Shown in pieces: positions 21,609-31,836 of a stretch of DNA of 64,000 nucleotides; within the stretch, counting starts at the first letter, position 1; each line of letters begins with the position of its first letter. The position numbers and the translations under genes were made by a program. The DNA is taken from contig JALSRN010000014.1 in assembly GCA_026984735.1 (NCBI GenBank), forward strand, positions 21,405 to 85,404, given 5' to 3'. The notes beneath the pieces are model-generated. The model was given only the letters and a program-made list of their open reading frames with translations, had not been told where the DNA came from and ran no database searches. This stretch comes from Sedimenticola sp. (GTDB taxonomy: Bacteria; Pseudomonadota; Gammaproteobacteria; Chromatiales; Chromatiaceae).

Positions 21609-23093
21609 TCACCGCTCCTTCACGAGCCGCCAGCGATGGGGAGGAAAATCGACCGTCACCCTCAACCCCCCTTCTTTCCTGTTGCTGGCGATCACCTGGG
21701 CTTCGTGGAGCTCGGCGATCCGGCCGACGATGGCCAGCCCCAGCCCCGTTCCTTCCACATTCCGTGACGCCTCGCTGACCCGGTAGAAACGTTCGAACAG
21801 ACGGGGCAACTGCTCTTCGGCGACTCCCGGCCCGTCGTCCAGCACCTCCAGCAGCAGATGGCGCTTCTCCCGTCGCGTCCGCACCGTCACCCGGCCACCC
21901 GGTTTTCCATATTTGACGGCGTTGCCGAGAAGATTGGCGAGCAGCATCTGCAGCAGTTCCGGCGTCATGCGAAGCTGCACCTCCAGGCGCGGTCGATAGG
22001 CGATCTCGATCTTCTTGCGTTCGGCCTCGCCGATGATCCCGGCCACGCACTCTTCCACCGCCTCGCGCAGCACCGTCATCCGCTCCCCCTGGTCGATGGC
22101 CGCGGCATCCAGACGCGCCAAGTGCAACAACTGGGAGAGGAGCCGCGACATGCGCTCCATGCTGCGTTCCAAGAGTCGTCCGAACCGGCGGATCTCCTCC
22201 AGATCCTTCCCTTCGCTCACCACCTTGCCCAGATTGCGCATGGCGGCGAGGGGGTTGCGCAGTTCATGGGCGGCGTTGGCGGTGAAGGCCCGTTCCGACT
22301 CCAGGGTCGCCCGCAGCCGTTCCAGCAGCCGGTTGAGCTCCTCCACCACCGGCAGCACTTCCCGCGGCACGCCTTTCAAGGGAACCGGCTGCAGGTTGCC
22401 GGGCTGGCGACTGGCGATCTGGCGGCCGAGGCGGGAGAGCGGCCGCAGTCCCCGCCATATGCCCAGCCACAACGCCACCATCACCAACGGAATGACGATG
22501 AGCTGAAGGTGGAGAAGATGGCTGCCGATCTCCCGGGAGATGTAGGTGCGCAGGTCGTCGCGCTGCGCCACGAAGATGCGGTAGCGGCCATCCTCGTCGG
22601 CCACCGAGGCCACCCGCCATTCGTGGCCGTCGCTGCGCAGGGTACGGATGAACTGGCGCCCCGGTGCCTCCCAGGTGGAACGGAATTCCGGCATCGGCTT
22701 GCCGAGAAGCACCTTGCCGTCGCGGCTGATCAGCCAGATGTAGGCGGCCACGCCCCCTTTCTTGGGCGGCTCGAAGCGAATGTCCTGCCTGCCGAAAAAG
22801 AGCAGGCGGGGCGTATTGGTGAAACTGTTGAGCCAGGAGTTCTCCAACCCCCGCGTGGTCTCCAGGGTCAGCCAGGCGTCGTTGAGCCGCTTTTCCCGCA
22901 TCATGATCAGAGCGTTCCTCAGCAGATCCGAGGCGACCATGAACTGCCAGGCGTCCAGCACCTCTTCGGCCTCGTGATCGGCCTGACGCAACACCGAATA
23001 GACCACGAAGACCACCGCCACCACCATGGAAGCGGCGACGATCGCCAGCAGACGGCGACTGAGGGAGGGTTTCCAGAAACCGGGTTGCATCAC
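21609..23093 (-). CDS. Sensor histidine kinase, QseC/PmrB-like
   Basis: Two TMs, HAMP, FTANAAHELRNPL H-box, NLLGNAVKY, DDGPG, GTGLGLAIV. Confidence 0.92.
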   Translation of the reverse strand: MMQPGFWKPSLSRRLLAIVAASMVVAVVFVVYSVLRQADHEAEEVLDAWQFMVASDLLRNALIMMREKRLNDAWLTLETTRGLENSWLNSFTNTPRLLFFGRQDIRFEPPKKGGVAAYIWLISRDGKVLLGKPMPEFRSTWEAPGRQFIRTLRSDGHEWRVASVADEDGRYRIFVAQRDDLRTYISREIGSHLLHLQLIVIPLVMVALWLGIWRGLRPLSRLGRQIASRQPGNLQPVPLKGVPREVLPVVEELNRLLERLRATLESERAFTANAAHELRNPLAAMRNLGKVVSEGKDLEEIRRFGRLLERSMERMSRLLSQLLHLARLDAAAIDQGERMTVLREAVEECVAGIIGEAERKKIEIAYRPRLEVQLRMTPELLQMLLANLLGNAVKYGKPGGRVTVRTRREKRHLLLEVLDDGPGVAEEQLPRLFERFYRVSEASRNVEGTGLGLAIVGRIAELHEAQVIASNRKEGGLRVTVDFPPHRWRLVKER

Positions 23094-23144
23094 TCAACGG
23101 AATCCGCTCTGTCGTGCCGCCCGGATCCCTCCCGGGAGGCGGTT

Positions 23145-23810
23145 TTACTCGCCGTTCATGAAGAGGTAGCCCATGCCCCGCACGGTCTTGATCCGGTGGG
23201 CTCCCAATTTGCGGCGCAGGTGATGGATGTGCACATCCAGCAGATTGCTCGACACCCGCTCCTCGGCGTCTCCCAGCAAGGCCCGCAACAGGCGGGGACG
23301 GCTCAGTACCTTGCCGGCGTTCTCCATGAAATAGCGAAGCAGGCGCAGCTCGGCGGCGGAGAGATGAACCTCCTCGCCGTCCCGCTTCACCCGCCCCGCC
23401 TTGGGATCGAACCAGACGCCGCACACCTCCAGGGTGTTGGAGGCGCGCCCGTCCAGGCGGCGCATCACCGCCCGGATCCTCGCGGACAGCTCATCCAGCG
23501 AATAGGGTTTCAGCAGATAGTCGTCCGCGCCCATCTCCAGGCCGCGCACCCGCTTTTCCAGCTCGTAGCTGGCGGTGATGATGATAACGGGAATCTCCTC
23601 CCCCTGCTCGCGCATGCGACGCAGCAGCTGCAGGCCGTCGCCGTCGGGCAGGGTCAAATCGAGAAGAAGACAGTGGTAGTCCCCCTCCCGCAGCGCCGGT
23701 CTGACCCGCTCCAGAGAGGCGATCCAGTCCACCACGAATCCCCGTTGGCCGAGACCGAGACAGGCGCTCTTGGCCAGCAGCTCATCGTCTTCGACAAGAA
23801 GAACGTTCAT
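23145..23810 (-). CDS. OmpR-family response regulator, QseB/PmrA-like
   Basis: LLVEDD, LLDLTLPDGDG, GADDYLLKP, winged helix (DVHIHHLRRKLG, IKTVRGMGY). Confidence 0.93.
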   Translation of the reverse strand: MNVLLVEDDELLAKSACLGLGQRGFVVDWIASLERVRPALREGDYHCLLLDLTLPDGDGLQLLRRMREQGEEIPVIIITASYELEKRVRGLEMGADDYLLKPYSLDELSARIRAVMRRLDGRASNTLEVCGVWFDPKAGRVKRDGEEVHLSAAELRLLRYFMENAGKVLSRPRLLRALLGDAEERVSSNLLDVHIHHLRRKLGAHRIKTVRGMGYLFMNGE

Positions 23811-23999
23811 CTTTTCACACCCTCCGTATCCACCGGGGAGCGAACGCATCAAGCATAGCAGTCGGAGGCGGACCGACCCGCGACCACCGCCGAAAATGAG
23901 ACGGCAGCCCCTTTTCCAGCGCCGCGTCGCCGTTCAGCCGAACCGCAAAAACCCGCACCGCCATCCGGCGGTGCGGGCGATGCGGACGCTGGTCTGCCG

Positions 24000-26510
24000 C
24001 TATTTCAGCTTGTTTTCGTGGCACAAGCTGCAGGTAACCGGCGTGCCGCGGGCCACGGTCACCGTCTTGCTGCCGTGCTCGTCCTTGAACAGAACGCGGT
24101 CAGTCGCCACCCGGGAGAGAACGCTGCCTTCTCCACTCATGCCGTGGCAGGCGCGGCAGGCGTCCTTGTTCTTCTCCGCCAGCTTTTCGTGACCGCCCAT
24201 GGAGAAGCGGGTATTGCCCACCGGATGCATGCCGTGCGGCCCTTCCAGCGTAACGCCCAGATCGCCGGTGTGGCAGGTGGAGCACTCCACGATGGGACCG
24301 GTGTGGCCTTGCAGCCCCTCGGCCGAGCGGTTGTCGTTGGCGAAGGGGTTGGCGTTCGGCCAGATGGCGTGGGTGCTGCCATGGCACCCCTCGCAGAAGA
24401 CGCCGCCGTGCCCCTTGCCCTCGCTGGAGCCGCTCAGGCGGTAGAGCGGCCGATCCGAGGCGAAGCGCGAGTTGCTGAAGTTCAACAGTTGCAGCCGGGT
24501 GTCGCCCCCGTTGTCCACATGCTCCGGCAGGCTATAGGCCATGCGGGCGCGCAGCCCGTCCGGGTTGCCCCAAACGTCGGTGCTGTTGATGAGGAGATTG
24601 GCCAGGGCGCCGCTGTTTCGCAGCTGCGCCACCTGCAACACGTCTCCCAGGTGGCAGGATTGGCACTTGGGCTCGGTGGCCCAGGGCACGCGCTTGGAGA
24701 AATCGGCCTGCCCGGGAGCGGCCTGGGAAAAGGCGCCGGTGAAGTCCTCGCCCACCTGGGTTCCCTGACCGTGGCAGTCCTGGCAGACGATGCCTCCTTC
24801 GGCCATGGCGCCCCGCAGACAGGCGGTGCGCTTGCCCGGGTGACAGGCGTAGCAGGTCTGCTCCAGGATGGTCTGGGCCATCGCCGGCGTGCGCTTGTCG
24901 AAGGTGGGCATGGTGGGGAACAGATCCTTGAACACGCCGTCTACGTCTTCGGGATTGTTGGCCAGGTTGGCGTGGTAGCCGTGCATCACCCGGGACATGC
25001 TGTGATGCCGGGTCTGCTCCTTGCCGTTGTCGTCGTTGGGGCCGAGATGGGCCAGATCCAGCGCCGGCGAATAGTGGCAGTTGGCGCACACCACCTTCCG
25101 CTCGGTGTCCAGATGAGTGCCGTTCTTCTCGTCGTGCAACCTCAGGATGTTGATCTTGGAGGCGTTGAGCGCGATCTGCTCCGCCGTGTCCCCCGGCACA
25201 TAGTGGGGATCGTTGGGATTGGAGGTGTTGATGTTGGCGCCGGTGATGAAATCGGCGTTGGAGTAGTAGTTGGCGATGTCGTCACATTGGAATCCCAAGC
25301 CCAAACCGGTGCAGACGTCGGCCTCCAGGTGGCAACTCTGGCAGTCCGCCTCGGATGCCACCGGCGCCACCACGTCGTTGTAGGCCAGGACGTTGCCTTG
25401 GGCGTCACGCGCTTCTACGCGCATCAGCGGATAGGCGTTCTTGCGGCCCTTGTCGTCGATGGGCGTGAGGGGAATCCCTTCGGCGGTGAATCGACGGAAA
25501 TCGGTCACTTTGTAGCCGAAAGGGAAGTTTACGAAGAACGGAAGGTCCTGGTAGTAGCCATGAAACGGCTGGGGATCGTTGGCGTTGTAAGGGTCCAGCT
25601 TCCCCGGCATGGTGGACTGCTCCGCCGACAGCACGCCGTCGCCGAGATAGAGCCGTTCGATATCGGGCGCGGGCAATCCCAGCAGATACCCCATGGTGGT
25701 GTGGCGCAACGGGAAAGCCGACAGCACGCCGGGCGGATAGAGGTTGTCGTAGCTGAGAAAGCCCAACAGGTTGCCGGCGGAGTTGCCGGGGCTCCAAAAA
25801 TTGGATTTGTAGACGCCGTTGGCGAGATCGTTCTCGCTGGTGGTGTTGATGGAGTCGGTGGCCAACGCTCCTTTGGAAGGGTCGTTGGGGTCGATGATGT
25901 TGCCCGTCACCGCCCGGTAGGTGAGTTGGATACCGTCGGCGCTCGACATGTGACGGGGCTCGCTCCCCTTGCGAAGAACCTGGGCGTTGAGCACGTTGTA
26001 AGGGGGCAAAATGCTGAAGATCCGGTAGTCCTGGTCGGCGCAATGCATGCCCAGATCGTTGGCGGCCAACACCGTGAAATCGCCGCTCACCGTGGGAGGC
26101 TGGGTCGGCGGCTGCGTCGGCGGCTGGGTGGGCGGTTGGGTGCCGCCGCCGTCACAGTCGGAGGGGGCTTCGGCAACGCGCTGGTGGTCGCGGCTGCCGT
26201 CGGACTGTTCGGCGAAGACTTCGCACGGCACCGAGCCGGCCAGCCGCATCTTGAATTTCCAATCCTTGTCCTTGACCTTCAGGCTGCCCAGTTGCTGACC
26301 GCCCGAGCCGGTCAACACCACCGTGGCCCCCTTGCTGCCCTTCCCCTTGACGATCAAGCGGGACTCTTCCTGCTTCCATTTGGCCTTCTCGATCTGAACC
26401 GGCCGGCTCTTGGAGTCTCGATGATGCCGATGATGCTCGTGATCGTCGGCCCGGGAGCCCGCGGGTAGCAACAGCAAGCCTGCCAACAGGTAGCGGTATA
26501 ATGGATTCAT
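24000..26510 (-). CDS. Secreted multiheme cytochrome c (9 CxxCH)
   Basis: Sec signal; CQSCH, CANCH, CYACH, CQDCH, CQSCH, CEGCH, CSTCH, CRACH, CSLCH; His-rich N-terminus; (TQPP)4 linker. Confidence 0.9.
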   Translation of the reverse strand: MNPLYRYLLAGLLLLPAGSRADDHEHHRHHRDSKSRPVQIEKAKWKQEESRLIVKGKGSKGATVVLTGSGGQQLGSLKVKDKDWKFKMRLAGSVPCEVFAEQSDGSRDHQRVAEAPSDCDGGGTQPPTQPPTQPPTQPPTVSGDFTVLAANDLGMHCADQDYRIFSILPPYNVLNAQVLRKGSEPRHMSSADGIQLTYRAVTGNIIDPNDPSKGALATDSINTTSENDLANGVYKSNFWSPGNSAGNLLGFLSYDNLYPPGVLSAFPLRHTTMGYLLGLPAPDIERLYLGDGVLSAEQSTMPGKLDPYNANDPQPFHGYYQDLPFFVNFPFGYKVTDFRRFTAEGIPLTPIDDKGRKNAYPLMRVEARDAQGNVLAYNDVVAPVASEADCQSCHLEADVCTGLGLGFQCDDIANYYSNADFITGANINTSNPNDPHYVPGDTAEQIALNASKINILRLHDEKNGTHLDTERKVVCANCHYSPALDLAHLGPNDDNGKEQTRHHSMSRVMHGYHANLANNPEDVDGVFKDLFPTMPTFDKRTPAMAQTILEQTCYACHPGKRTACLRGAMAEGGIVCQDCHGQGTQVGEDFTGAFSQAAPGQADFSKRVPWATEPKCQSCHLGDVLQVAQLRNSGALANLLINSTDVWGNPDGLRARMAYSLPEHVDNGGDTRLQLLNFSNSRFASDRPLYRLSGSSEGKGHGGVFCEGCHGSTHAIWPNANPFANDNRSAEGLQGHTGPIVECSTCHTGDLGVTLEGPHGMHPVGNTRFSMGGHEKLAEKNKDACRACHGMSGEGSVLSRVATDRVLFKDEHGSKTVTVARGTPVTCSLCHENKLK
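26094..26141 (-). repeat. 12-bp x4 intragenic tandem repeat encoding (TQPP)4
   Basis: acc caa ccg ccc acc cag ccg ccg acg cag ccg ccg acc cag cct ccc on the minus strand. Confidence 0.9.
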
Positions 26511-26560
26511 GGAAATCGCCCTCGTGCTGTTCGATTCAGCGCAGATGATGGCAAGGCGAA

Positions 26561-26577
26561 ATTAAGAGCGAATTAAA
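26561..26577 (-). promoter_or_regulatory. Putative PmrA/QseB-type binding box
   Basis: TTTAAT-TCGCT-CTTAAT matches YTTAAK-N5-YTTAAK; 50 bp upstream of the cytochrome start. Confidence 0.65.
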
Positions 26578-26602
26578 ATAAGGGAAGCGGCCGCTGCCCG
26601 AA

Positions 26603-27022
26603 ATGGAAGGCGTGACCGCTTTCACAATTTCCATGAAACTTTCCCTGAACGCCCCCTTTCCTGAAGATCACATCAGTTACCAGCTGCTTATCCACATTTG
26701 CGAGCCTATTCACGTAAAGATCGGCGCCCTGGGCATGCAGCACCTGGCCGCCGGCCACTACCTCTACACGGGCAGTGCGCGGCGTCACCTGGAGGCGCGC
26801 GTCCGCCGCCATCTGCGCCGGGAAAAGCGGCTGCGCTGGCACATCGACTATCTGTTGTCCCATCCCCGGGTGGTGGTGGTGGGGGTATCCACCTCCGCTA
26901 TCGAGGAGTGCCGCTGGAACCGCTCCGTAGAGGGCGAGGTGGTGATCCCCGGTTTCGGCGCCAGCGACTGCCGTCACCGCTGCGGCGCCCACTTGCTGCG
27001 CGTCGAACTTCCTCTCGGCTGA
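26603..27022 (+). CDS. DUF123 / GIY-YIG-like nuclease family protein
   Basis: YLYTGSA, LRWHIDYLL, GFGASDC..C..HL; start may be 26633. Confidence 0.8.
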   Translation: MEGVTAFTISMKLSLNAPFPEDHISYQLLIHICEPIHVKIGALGMQHLAAGHYLYTGSARRHLEARVRRHLRREKRLRWHIDYLLSHPRVVVVGVSTSAIEECRWNRSVEGEVVIPGFGASDCRHRCGAHLLRVELPLG

Positions 27023-27131
27023 CGCCTTCCACGGGCGATCATCTCCTTGCGGGGCCCGGAAGCTCCTTCTAACCTTAGGGGTGTCGGACGCCACGAGGAG
27101 CGGCGCCGATCGCCATCGGGAGGAGACAAGA

Positions 27132-27527
27132 ATGGACATGACCGCCATCTTCACCATCGTTTTCGTGCTTGCCGTGCTGGGCTGGATTTTCTACCTGAAA
27201 CATGCGGCCAAGGCCGCCGTGGGCCGGTCGGTGACCCTGTTGCGCGAGCGGATTCCCGAGCTGGAAGAGCCGGGGCCTCTGTTGGTCTATTGCTACAGTC
27301 CCAACTGCCGTCCCTGCCGCTCCCTCACCCCGGTGATGGAACGCCTCGCGGCGGAGACGGGCCGCGTCTTCAAGTTCGACGTGAGCCAGGAGATGGAGAC
27401 CGCCCAGAAGATCGGCATCCGCGCCACCCCCACCATCCTGGTGGTGGCGGCCGGCGAAGTGCGCGAGGTGCTGGTGGGCAGCCAACCGCCCACCCGCCTG
27501 CGGCAACTCTTGGAACTTCCCGCGTGA
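27132..27527 (+). CDS. Membrane-anchored thioredoxin
   Basis: AGGAG RBS, N-terminal TM, CRPC, IRATPT cis-Pro loop. Confidence 0.85.
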   Translation: MDMTAIFTIVFVLAVLGWIFYLKHAAKAAVGRSVTLLRERIPELEEPGPLLVYCYSPNCRPCRSLTPVMERLAAETGRVFKFDVSQEMETAQKIGIRATPTILVVAAGEVREVLVGSQPPTRLRQLLELPA

Positions 27528-28273
27528 TCCACGACCTGCTGCGCTGGTTCTGGATGCTGGCCGGCTGGTTCGAACTGCTCCTTCTCACCCTTCTGCTCTA
27601 TCCCCTCTCCTTCCTGCCCCATCCACCCGGCGGATACCGCTGGTACCGGGGCCTGTTTCGGTTGCGGTGCCGCGCTTGGATCGACGCCTTGGGAGTGGAG
27701 TTGCGCTTGCACCAAAAGAACCGCCACCCCGTGCCGAACCACTACATTCTCGTCGCCAACCACCCCTCGGTCTTGGAGGATGTCGGCATTCCCGCTCTCC
27801 TCCCTGTGGTCAGCCTGGCCAAGGCCGGGGTACGACGCTGGCCGGTGATGGGCCGGATCGCCGCGGCCGCCGGCACTCTCTTCGTCAAGCGGAATTCCGG
27901 CTCCTCGAGGAGAGCGGCGAAGGAGGGGTTGAAGCGCGCCTTGGAGCGGGGAGACAACGTGGCGATCTATCCGGAAGGGGGCATCCACGACAAACGATTG
28001 CACCACCCTTTCCATTATGGAGCCTTCGATCTTTCCCTGCGCACGGGGGTTCCCATTCTGCCGGTCTATCTCCACTACGAGGCGCAGGACGACTTCCACT
28101 GGGGCGACGAGCCTCTGCCCCGAAGGTTGCTCTCCATCATGCGAAGCCGCAACAACCAGGCGAACTACTACCGTTACGACGCCTTCGACCCGGCGGACTT
28201 CCAAGACGAAGAGAGCTACTGCGCACGGGTCTATGAAAAGTTTCTCGAATGGCAGGAAAAATACCTCGATTGA
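27524..28273 (+). CDS. PlsC-like lysophospholipid acyltransferase
   Basis: GTGA overlap with the thioredoxin; NHPSVLED (HX4D), IYPEGG, VPILPV. Confidence 0.85.
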   Translation: MIHDLLRWFWMLAGWFELLLLTLLLYPLSFLPHPPGGYRWYRGLFRLRCRAWIDALGVELRLHQKNRHPVPNHYILVANHPSVLEDVGIPALLPVVSLAKAGVRRWPVMGRIAAAAGTLFVKRNSGSSRRAAKEGLKRALERGDNVAIYPEGGIHDKRLHHPFHYGAFDLSLRTGVPILPVYLHYEAQDDFHWGDEPLPRRLLSIMRSRNNQANYYRYDAFDPADFQDEESYCARVYEKFLEWQEKYLD

Positions 28274-28481
28274 GAGACCGCCGTGCCGGCTGGACCCGGT
28301 CCCCTTGCGCCATGCGGCGGGCCGGGTGCGCGGAACCTACGGGACCCCGGCTCGCTTCGCCCGGCCCCATGAGGAGCGGTGGAGCGGGGCCGAAATCCTC
28401 CACCCCGCAAAAAAGCGTTGCATCATCAATAAGAACATTCTATTTTTCTTATATTGAAATCCAGCCGGAGGAAAACGGCCC

Positions 28482-29306
28482 ATGAAAAGAGCGCTGCTCC
28501 TGTCCCTGCTGCTGATCCTCCCCCTTGGTGCCCGGGCCGAGGTGGCGCTGCTGATCCACGGCTATCTGAGCAGTGCCGCCACCTGGGAGCTGAGCGGAGT
28601 CAACGCCGCGCTGCGCGCGGACGGCTGGCGGCTGGCCGGCAACTTCGCCTACTCGCCCAACGGCCTGGTGGAACGCCCCTTCCCGGGGGCGGAAAAGAGC
28701 CACAAGCTCTTCTACACCGTCGATCTCCCCTCCCTGGCCCCCGCCCTGGTGCAGGCGGCCTGGCTGGAAGCGGCGGTGCAACGGATCCAGGCACGGCACC
28801 CCCGGGAGAAGCTGACGCTGGTGGGGCACTCGGCGGGCGGAGTGGTGGCCCGCCTCCTGCTCGTGCGCTACGGCAAGGGCAAGGTGCACCGCCTCGTCAC
28901 CATCGCCGCTCCCCATCTCGGAACCCACAGGGCGGTGCAGGCGCTGGACGCAGTGGACGACGGCGGCCTCTTCGGCCCCATCAAGGAGTGGATCGTGCGC
29001 AACGAGATCGGCAGCGGCCTCTACCGGACTCTGAAGCTCTCCCGCGGCATCCTCTTCGACCTGGTGCCGCCAGCGCCCGGCACTCTGCTGTGGTGGCTCA
29101 ACGGCCAGCCCCACCCCAAGATCGAATATGTGTCGGTGATCCGCAGCGCCGGCTTCTTCATCGCGGGAGACCTGCTGGTGCCACCCTTCAGCCAGGACAT
29201 GAACCGCGTGCCGGCGCTGAGGGGCCGTTCCAAGGTCTATGTCACTCCCCAGGGACACCAGCTGACGCCCGCCGACGGCCTGTTGCTGGCGCGGATTCTT
29301 CGCTGA
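28482..29306 (+). CDS. Secreted alpha/beta hydrolase (lipase/esterase-like)
   Basis: Signal peptide, LLIHG, GHSAGG nucleophile elbow, TIAAPHLGT. Confidence 0.85.
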   Translation: MKRALLLSLLLILPLGARAEVALLIHGYLSSAATWELSGVNAALRADGWRLAGNFAYSPNGLVERPFPGAEKSHKLFYTVDLPSLAPALVQAAWLEAAVQRIQARHPREKLTLVGHSAGGVVARLLLVRYGKGKVHRLVTIAAPHLGTHRAVQALDAVDDGGLFGPIKEWIVRNEIGSGLYRTLKLSRGILFDLVPPAPGTLLWWLNGQPHPKIEYVSVIRSAGFFIAGDLLVPPFSQDMNRVPALRGRSKVYVTPQGHQLTPADGLLLARILR

Positions 29307-29317
29307 ATCTTTTCGGC

Positions 29318-29440
29318 CAGCCCGGATATCGCACCCGAATCCGAAAACTTCCCGGAGAGGTTTCGTTCGGGGAATCCCTGCGCCTCGCCCCTTCGCGGCT
29401 CGCGCGCCGACTGGAGCGGTGCGGTGCAATATCCGGCCTA
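29318..29440. mobile_element. Short MITE/REPIN-like element with terminal inverted repeats
   Basis: Left CAGCCCGGATATCGCAC versus reverse complement of right end TAGGCCGGATATTGCAC (14/17). The first ~88 bp align with 32725-32813. Confidence 0.6.
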
Positions 29441-30535
29441 GGGATGGGCCGGAACAACCGGCAGGGGCGGCACCACGTCGGCGTTCTGCGCGCGGTGGCG
29501 CAGGGCGTGGTCCATGAGGACGATGGCCAGCATCGCCTCGACGATGGGCACCGCGCGGATGCCCACGCAGGGGTCGTGGCGCCCCTTGGTGACCACTTCG
29601 GCGGAACGGCCCTCCACGTCCACCGTGCGGCCGCCCAGACGGATGCTGGAGGTGGGTTTGAAGGCGACCCGGGCGACCACCTCCTGCCCCGAAGAGATGC
29701 CCCCCAGAATGCCGCCGGCGTTGTTGCCGAGAAAGCCCTCGGGGGTCATCTCGTCGCGGTGCTCGGTGCCTTTCTGGCGCACCGACTCGAAACCGGCGCC
29801 GATCTCCACTCCCTTGGCGGCGTTGATGCCCATGAGGGCGTGGGCGATGTCGGCGTCGAGGCGGTCGAACACCGGCTCGCCCCACCCCGGCGGAACGCCG
29901 GTGGCCACCACGCTCACCTCGGCGCCCACTGAATTCCCTTCTTTTCGCAGCGCGTCCATGTAGGCCTCCAGCTCCGGCACCTGATCCGCGTCGGGCCAGA
30001 AGAAGGGGTTCTTCTCCACCGGCTCCCACGAGAAGGCGCGGGGGCGGTTCTCGCCGAGGGCGGAGAGCCAGCCGCGAATCTCCACGCCGTAGCGCTCGCG
30101 CAGATACTTCTTCGCCACGGCGCCGGCGGCCACCCGCATGGCGGTCTCGCGGGCCGAGGAGCGCCCACCGCCGCGGTAGTCGCGAATGCCGTACTTCTGC
30201 AGGTAGGTGTAGTCGGCGTGGCCCGGCCGGAAGCGGGAGGCGATGTCGGAATAGTCTTGGGATCGCTGGTCCTGGTTACGGATGAGCAGACCGATGGGCG
30301 TGCCCGTGGTCTTACCCTCGAAAACGCCGGAGAGGATCTCCACCCGGTCGGGCTCCCGCCGCTGCGTGGTGTGGCGGCTCTTGCCGGGCCGGCGCCTGTC
30401 CAGCTCCGGCTGGATGTCGGCCTCGCTGAGCGCCATTCCGGGCGGGCAGCCGTCCACGATGCAGCCGATGGCCGGCCCGTGGCTCTCTCCGAAGCTGGTG
30501 ACGGTGAAGAGCCGGCCGATGGTGTTGCCCGACAT
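29438..30535 (-). CDS. aroC: Chorismate synthase
   Basis: [29 protein letters not shown]. Confidence 0.97.
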   Translation of the reverse strand: MSGNTIGRLFTVTSFGESHGPAIGCIVDGCPPGMALSEADIQPELDRRRPGKSRHTTQRREPDRVEILSGVFEGKTTGTPIGLLIRNQDQRSQDYSDIASRFRPGHADYTYLQKYGIRDYRGGGRSSARETAMRVAAGAVAKKYLRERYGVEIRGWLSALGENRPRAFSWEPVEKNPFFWPDADQVPELEAYMDALRKEGNSVGAEVSVVATGVPPGWGEPVFDRLDADIAHALMGINAAKGVEIGAGFESVRQKGTEHRDEMTPEGFLGNNAGGILGGISSGQEVVARVAFKPTSSIRLGGRTVDVEGRSAEVVTKGRHDPCVGIRAVPIVEAMLAIVLMDHALRHRAQNADVVPPLPVVPAHP

Positions 30536-31836
30536 CAGTGCTCCGCCAGCAGCGCGTTGATGCGCGCCATGTCCTTCTCGGTGAGCATGCCGGCGGCGCG
30601 CTTCAGCGCGAGAATGCTGGTGATGTAGGTGTAGCGGGCCTTGGCGTGATCCCGCAGGGCACGGTAGTAGTCGCGCTGGGCGTTGAGCACGTCCACCATG
30701 GTGCGGGTGCCCACGTCGAAGCCGGCCTGGGTGGCGTCCAGCGCGCTCTTGGTGGAGACGGTGGCCGCCTTGAGCGATTTCACCGCGCTGATGCTCGCCT
30801 GCAGGGCGCGGTAGGCGTCACGCACCTTCTTGTCCACCTCGCGCCGCGCCTGATCGAGCCGCTCCTGGGCGGCGATCAGCTCCGCCCGCGCCTTGCGGGT
30901 GGCGGCCTCCACCCCGCCGCCTTGATAGATGGGCACCTTCAACTGCAGACCGATGGCGCCGTTCTCGTTGTGGTCGAAGGCGGCGTACCGCTGGTCGGTG
31001 TCGCTCACCCCATAGCGGCCGAAAAGATCCAGAGTTGGATAGTGGCCCGAACGCTGCACCTCCACTTCGCGCTGGGCGATCTGGGTGGCGTCGGAAGCGG
31101 CCTTCACGTCGGGGTTGTTCTGCAAGGCCATGGCCGACCACTCCTCAATGTCGGCCGGCATGGGCGGCTCCAGGGGAATCTTCTTTTTCAGATCGGCCAG
31201 CTTTTCCGGGCGAACGCCGAGGATCTGGCGCAGCGCCTCCCAGGCGTTGTCCAGCTCGTTGACCGCCAGGATCTCGTTGGTGGCCGCCTGGTCGTAGCGC
31301 GCCTGCGCTTCGTGCACGCCGGTGATGGCGATGAGCCCCACCTTGAAGCGCTGCTTGGCCTGCTCCAATTGACGGGCGGTGGCCTTCTTGTCGGCCCGCA
31401 CGAAATTGAGCGTCTCCTGCGCGGTGAGAACGTTGAAGTAGGCGTTGGCCACGCGCAGCATCAGATCCTGCTGCTGGGCGTGGTACCGGGCGTCGGCCAG
31501 CTCCACCTGCCATTCCGACTGCTCCAGCTTCACCAACCGGTCACGCCGGTAGATGGCTTGGTTGACGCCGATGGAGAGATCGTCGGCGCCGTAATTGTCG
31601 GCCGAGGCGCCCCTGGGGTCGAACCGGTTGTAGCTGGCCGAACCGCTCACCGAGACCTGCGGCAGAAGTTGCGAAAGCGCCAGCGGCTTGGCCTCGCGCT
31701 GCGCCTCCCTCTTGGCCGCCGCCTCACGCAACACCGGGTCGTGCTCCAACGCCAGCTTGTAGACCTGCAACAGATCCTCCGCCGGGCTTCCTTGGGAGAG
31801 CGCCAGCAACAAGGAGGCGATCAGGGTTCTTTTCAT
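30535..31836 (-). CDS. tolC: TolC-family outer-membrane channel
   Basis: Signal peptide, [41 protein letters not shown]. Confidence 0.92.
   Translation of the reverse strand: MKRTLIASLLLALSQGSPAEDLLQVYKLALEHDPVLREAAAKREAQREAKPLALSQLLPQVSVSGSASYNRFDPRGASADNYGADDLSIGVNQAIYRRDRLVKLEQSEWQVELADARYHAQQQDLMLRVANAYFNVLTAQETLNFVRADKKATARQLEQAKQRFKVGLIAITGVHEAQARYDQAATNEILAVNELDNAWEALRQILGVRPEKLADLKKKIPLEPPMPADIEEWSAMALQNNPDVKAASDATQIAQREVEVQRSGHYPTLDLFGRYGVSDTDQRYAAFDHNENGAIGLQLKVPIYQGGGVEAATRKARAELIAAQERLDQARREVDKKVRDAYRALQASISAVKSLKAATVSTKSALDATQAGFDVGTRTMVDVLNAQRDYYRALRDHAKARYTYITSILALKRAAGMLTEKDMARINALLAEH

Noticed and set aside
28405-28460. FNR box upstream of the lipase-like gene
   Set aside because: TTGCATCATCAA has the wrong spacing for TTGAT-N4-ATCAA; it is only a generic AT-rich promoter region.
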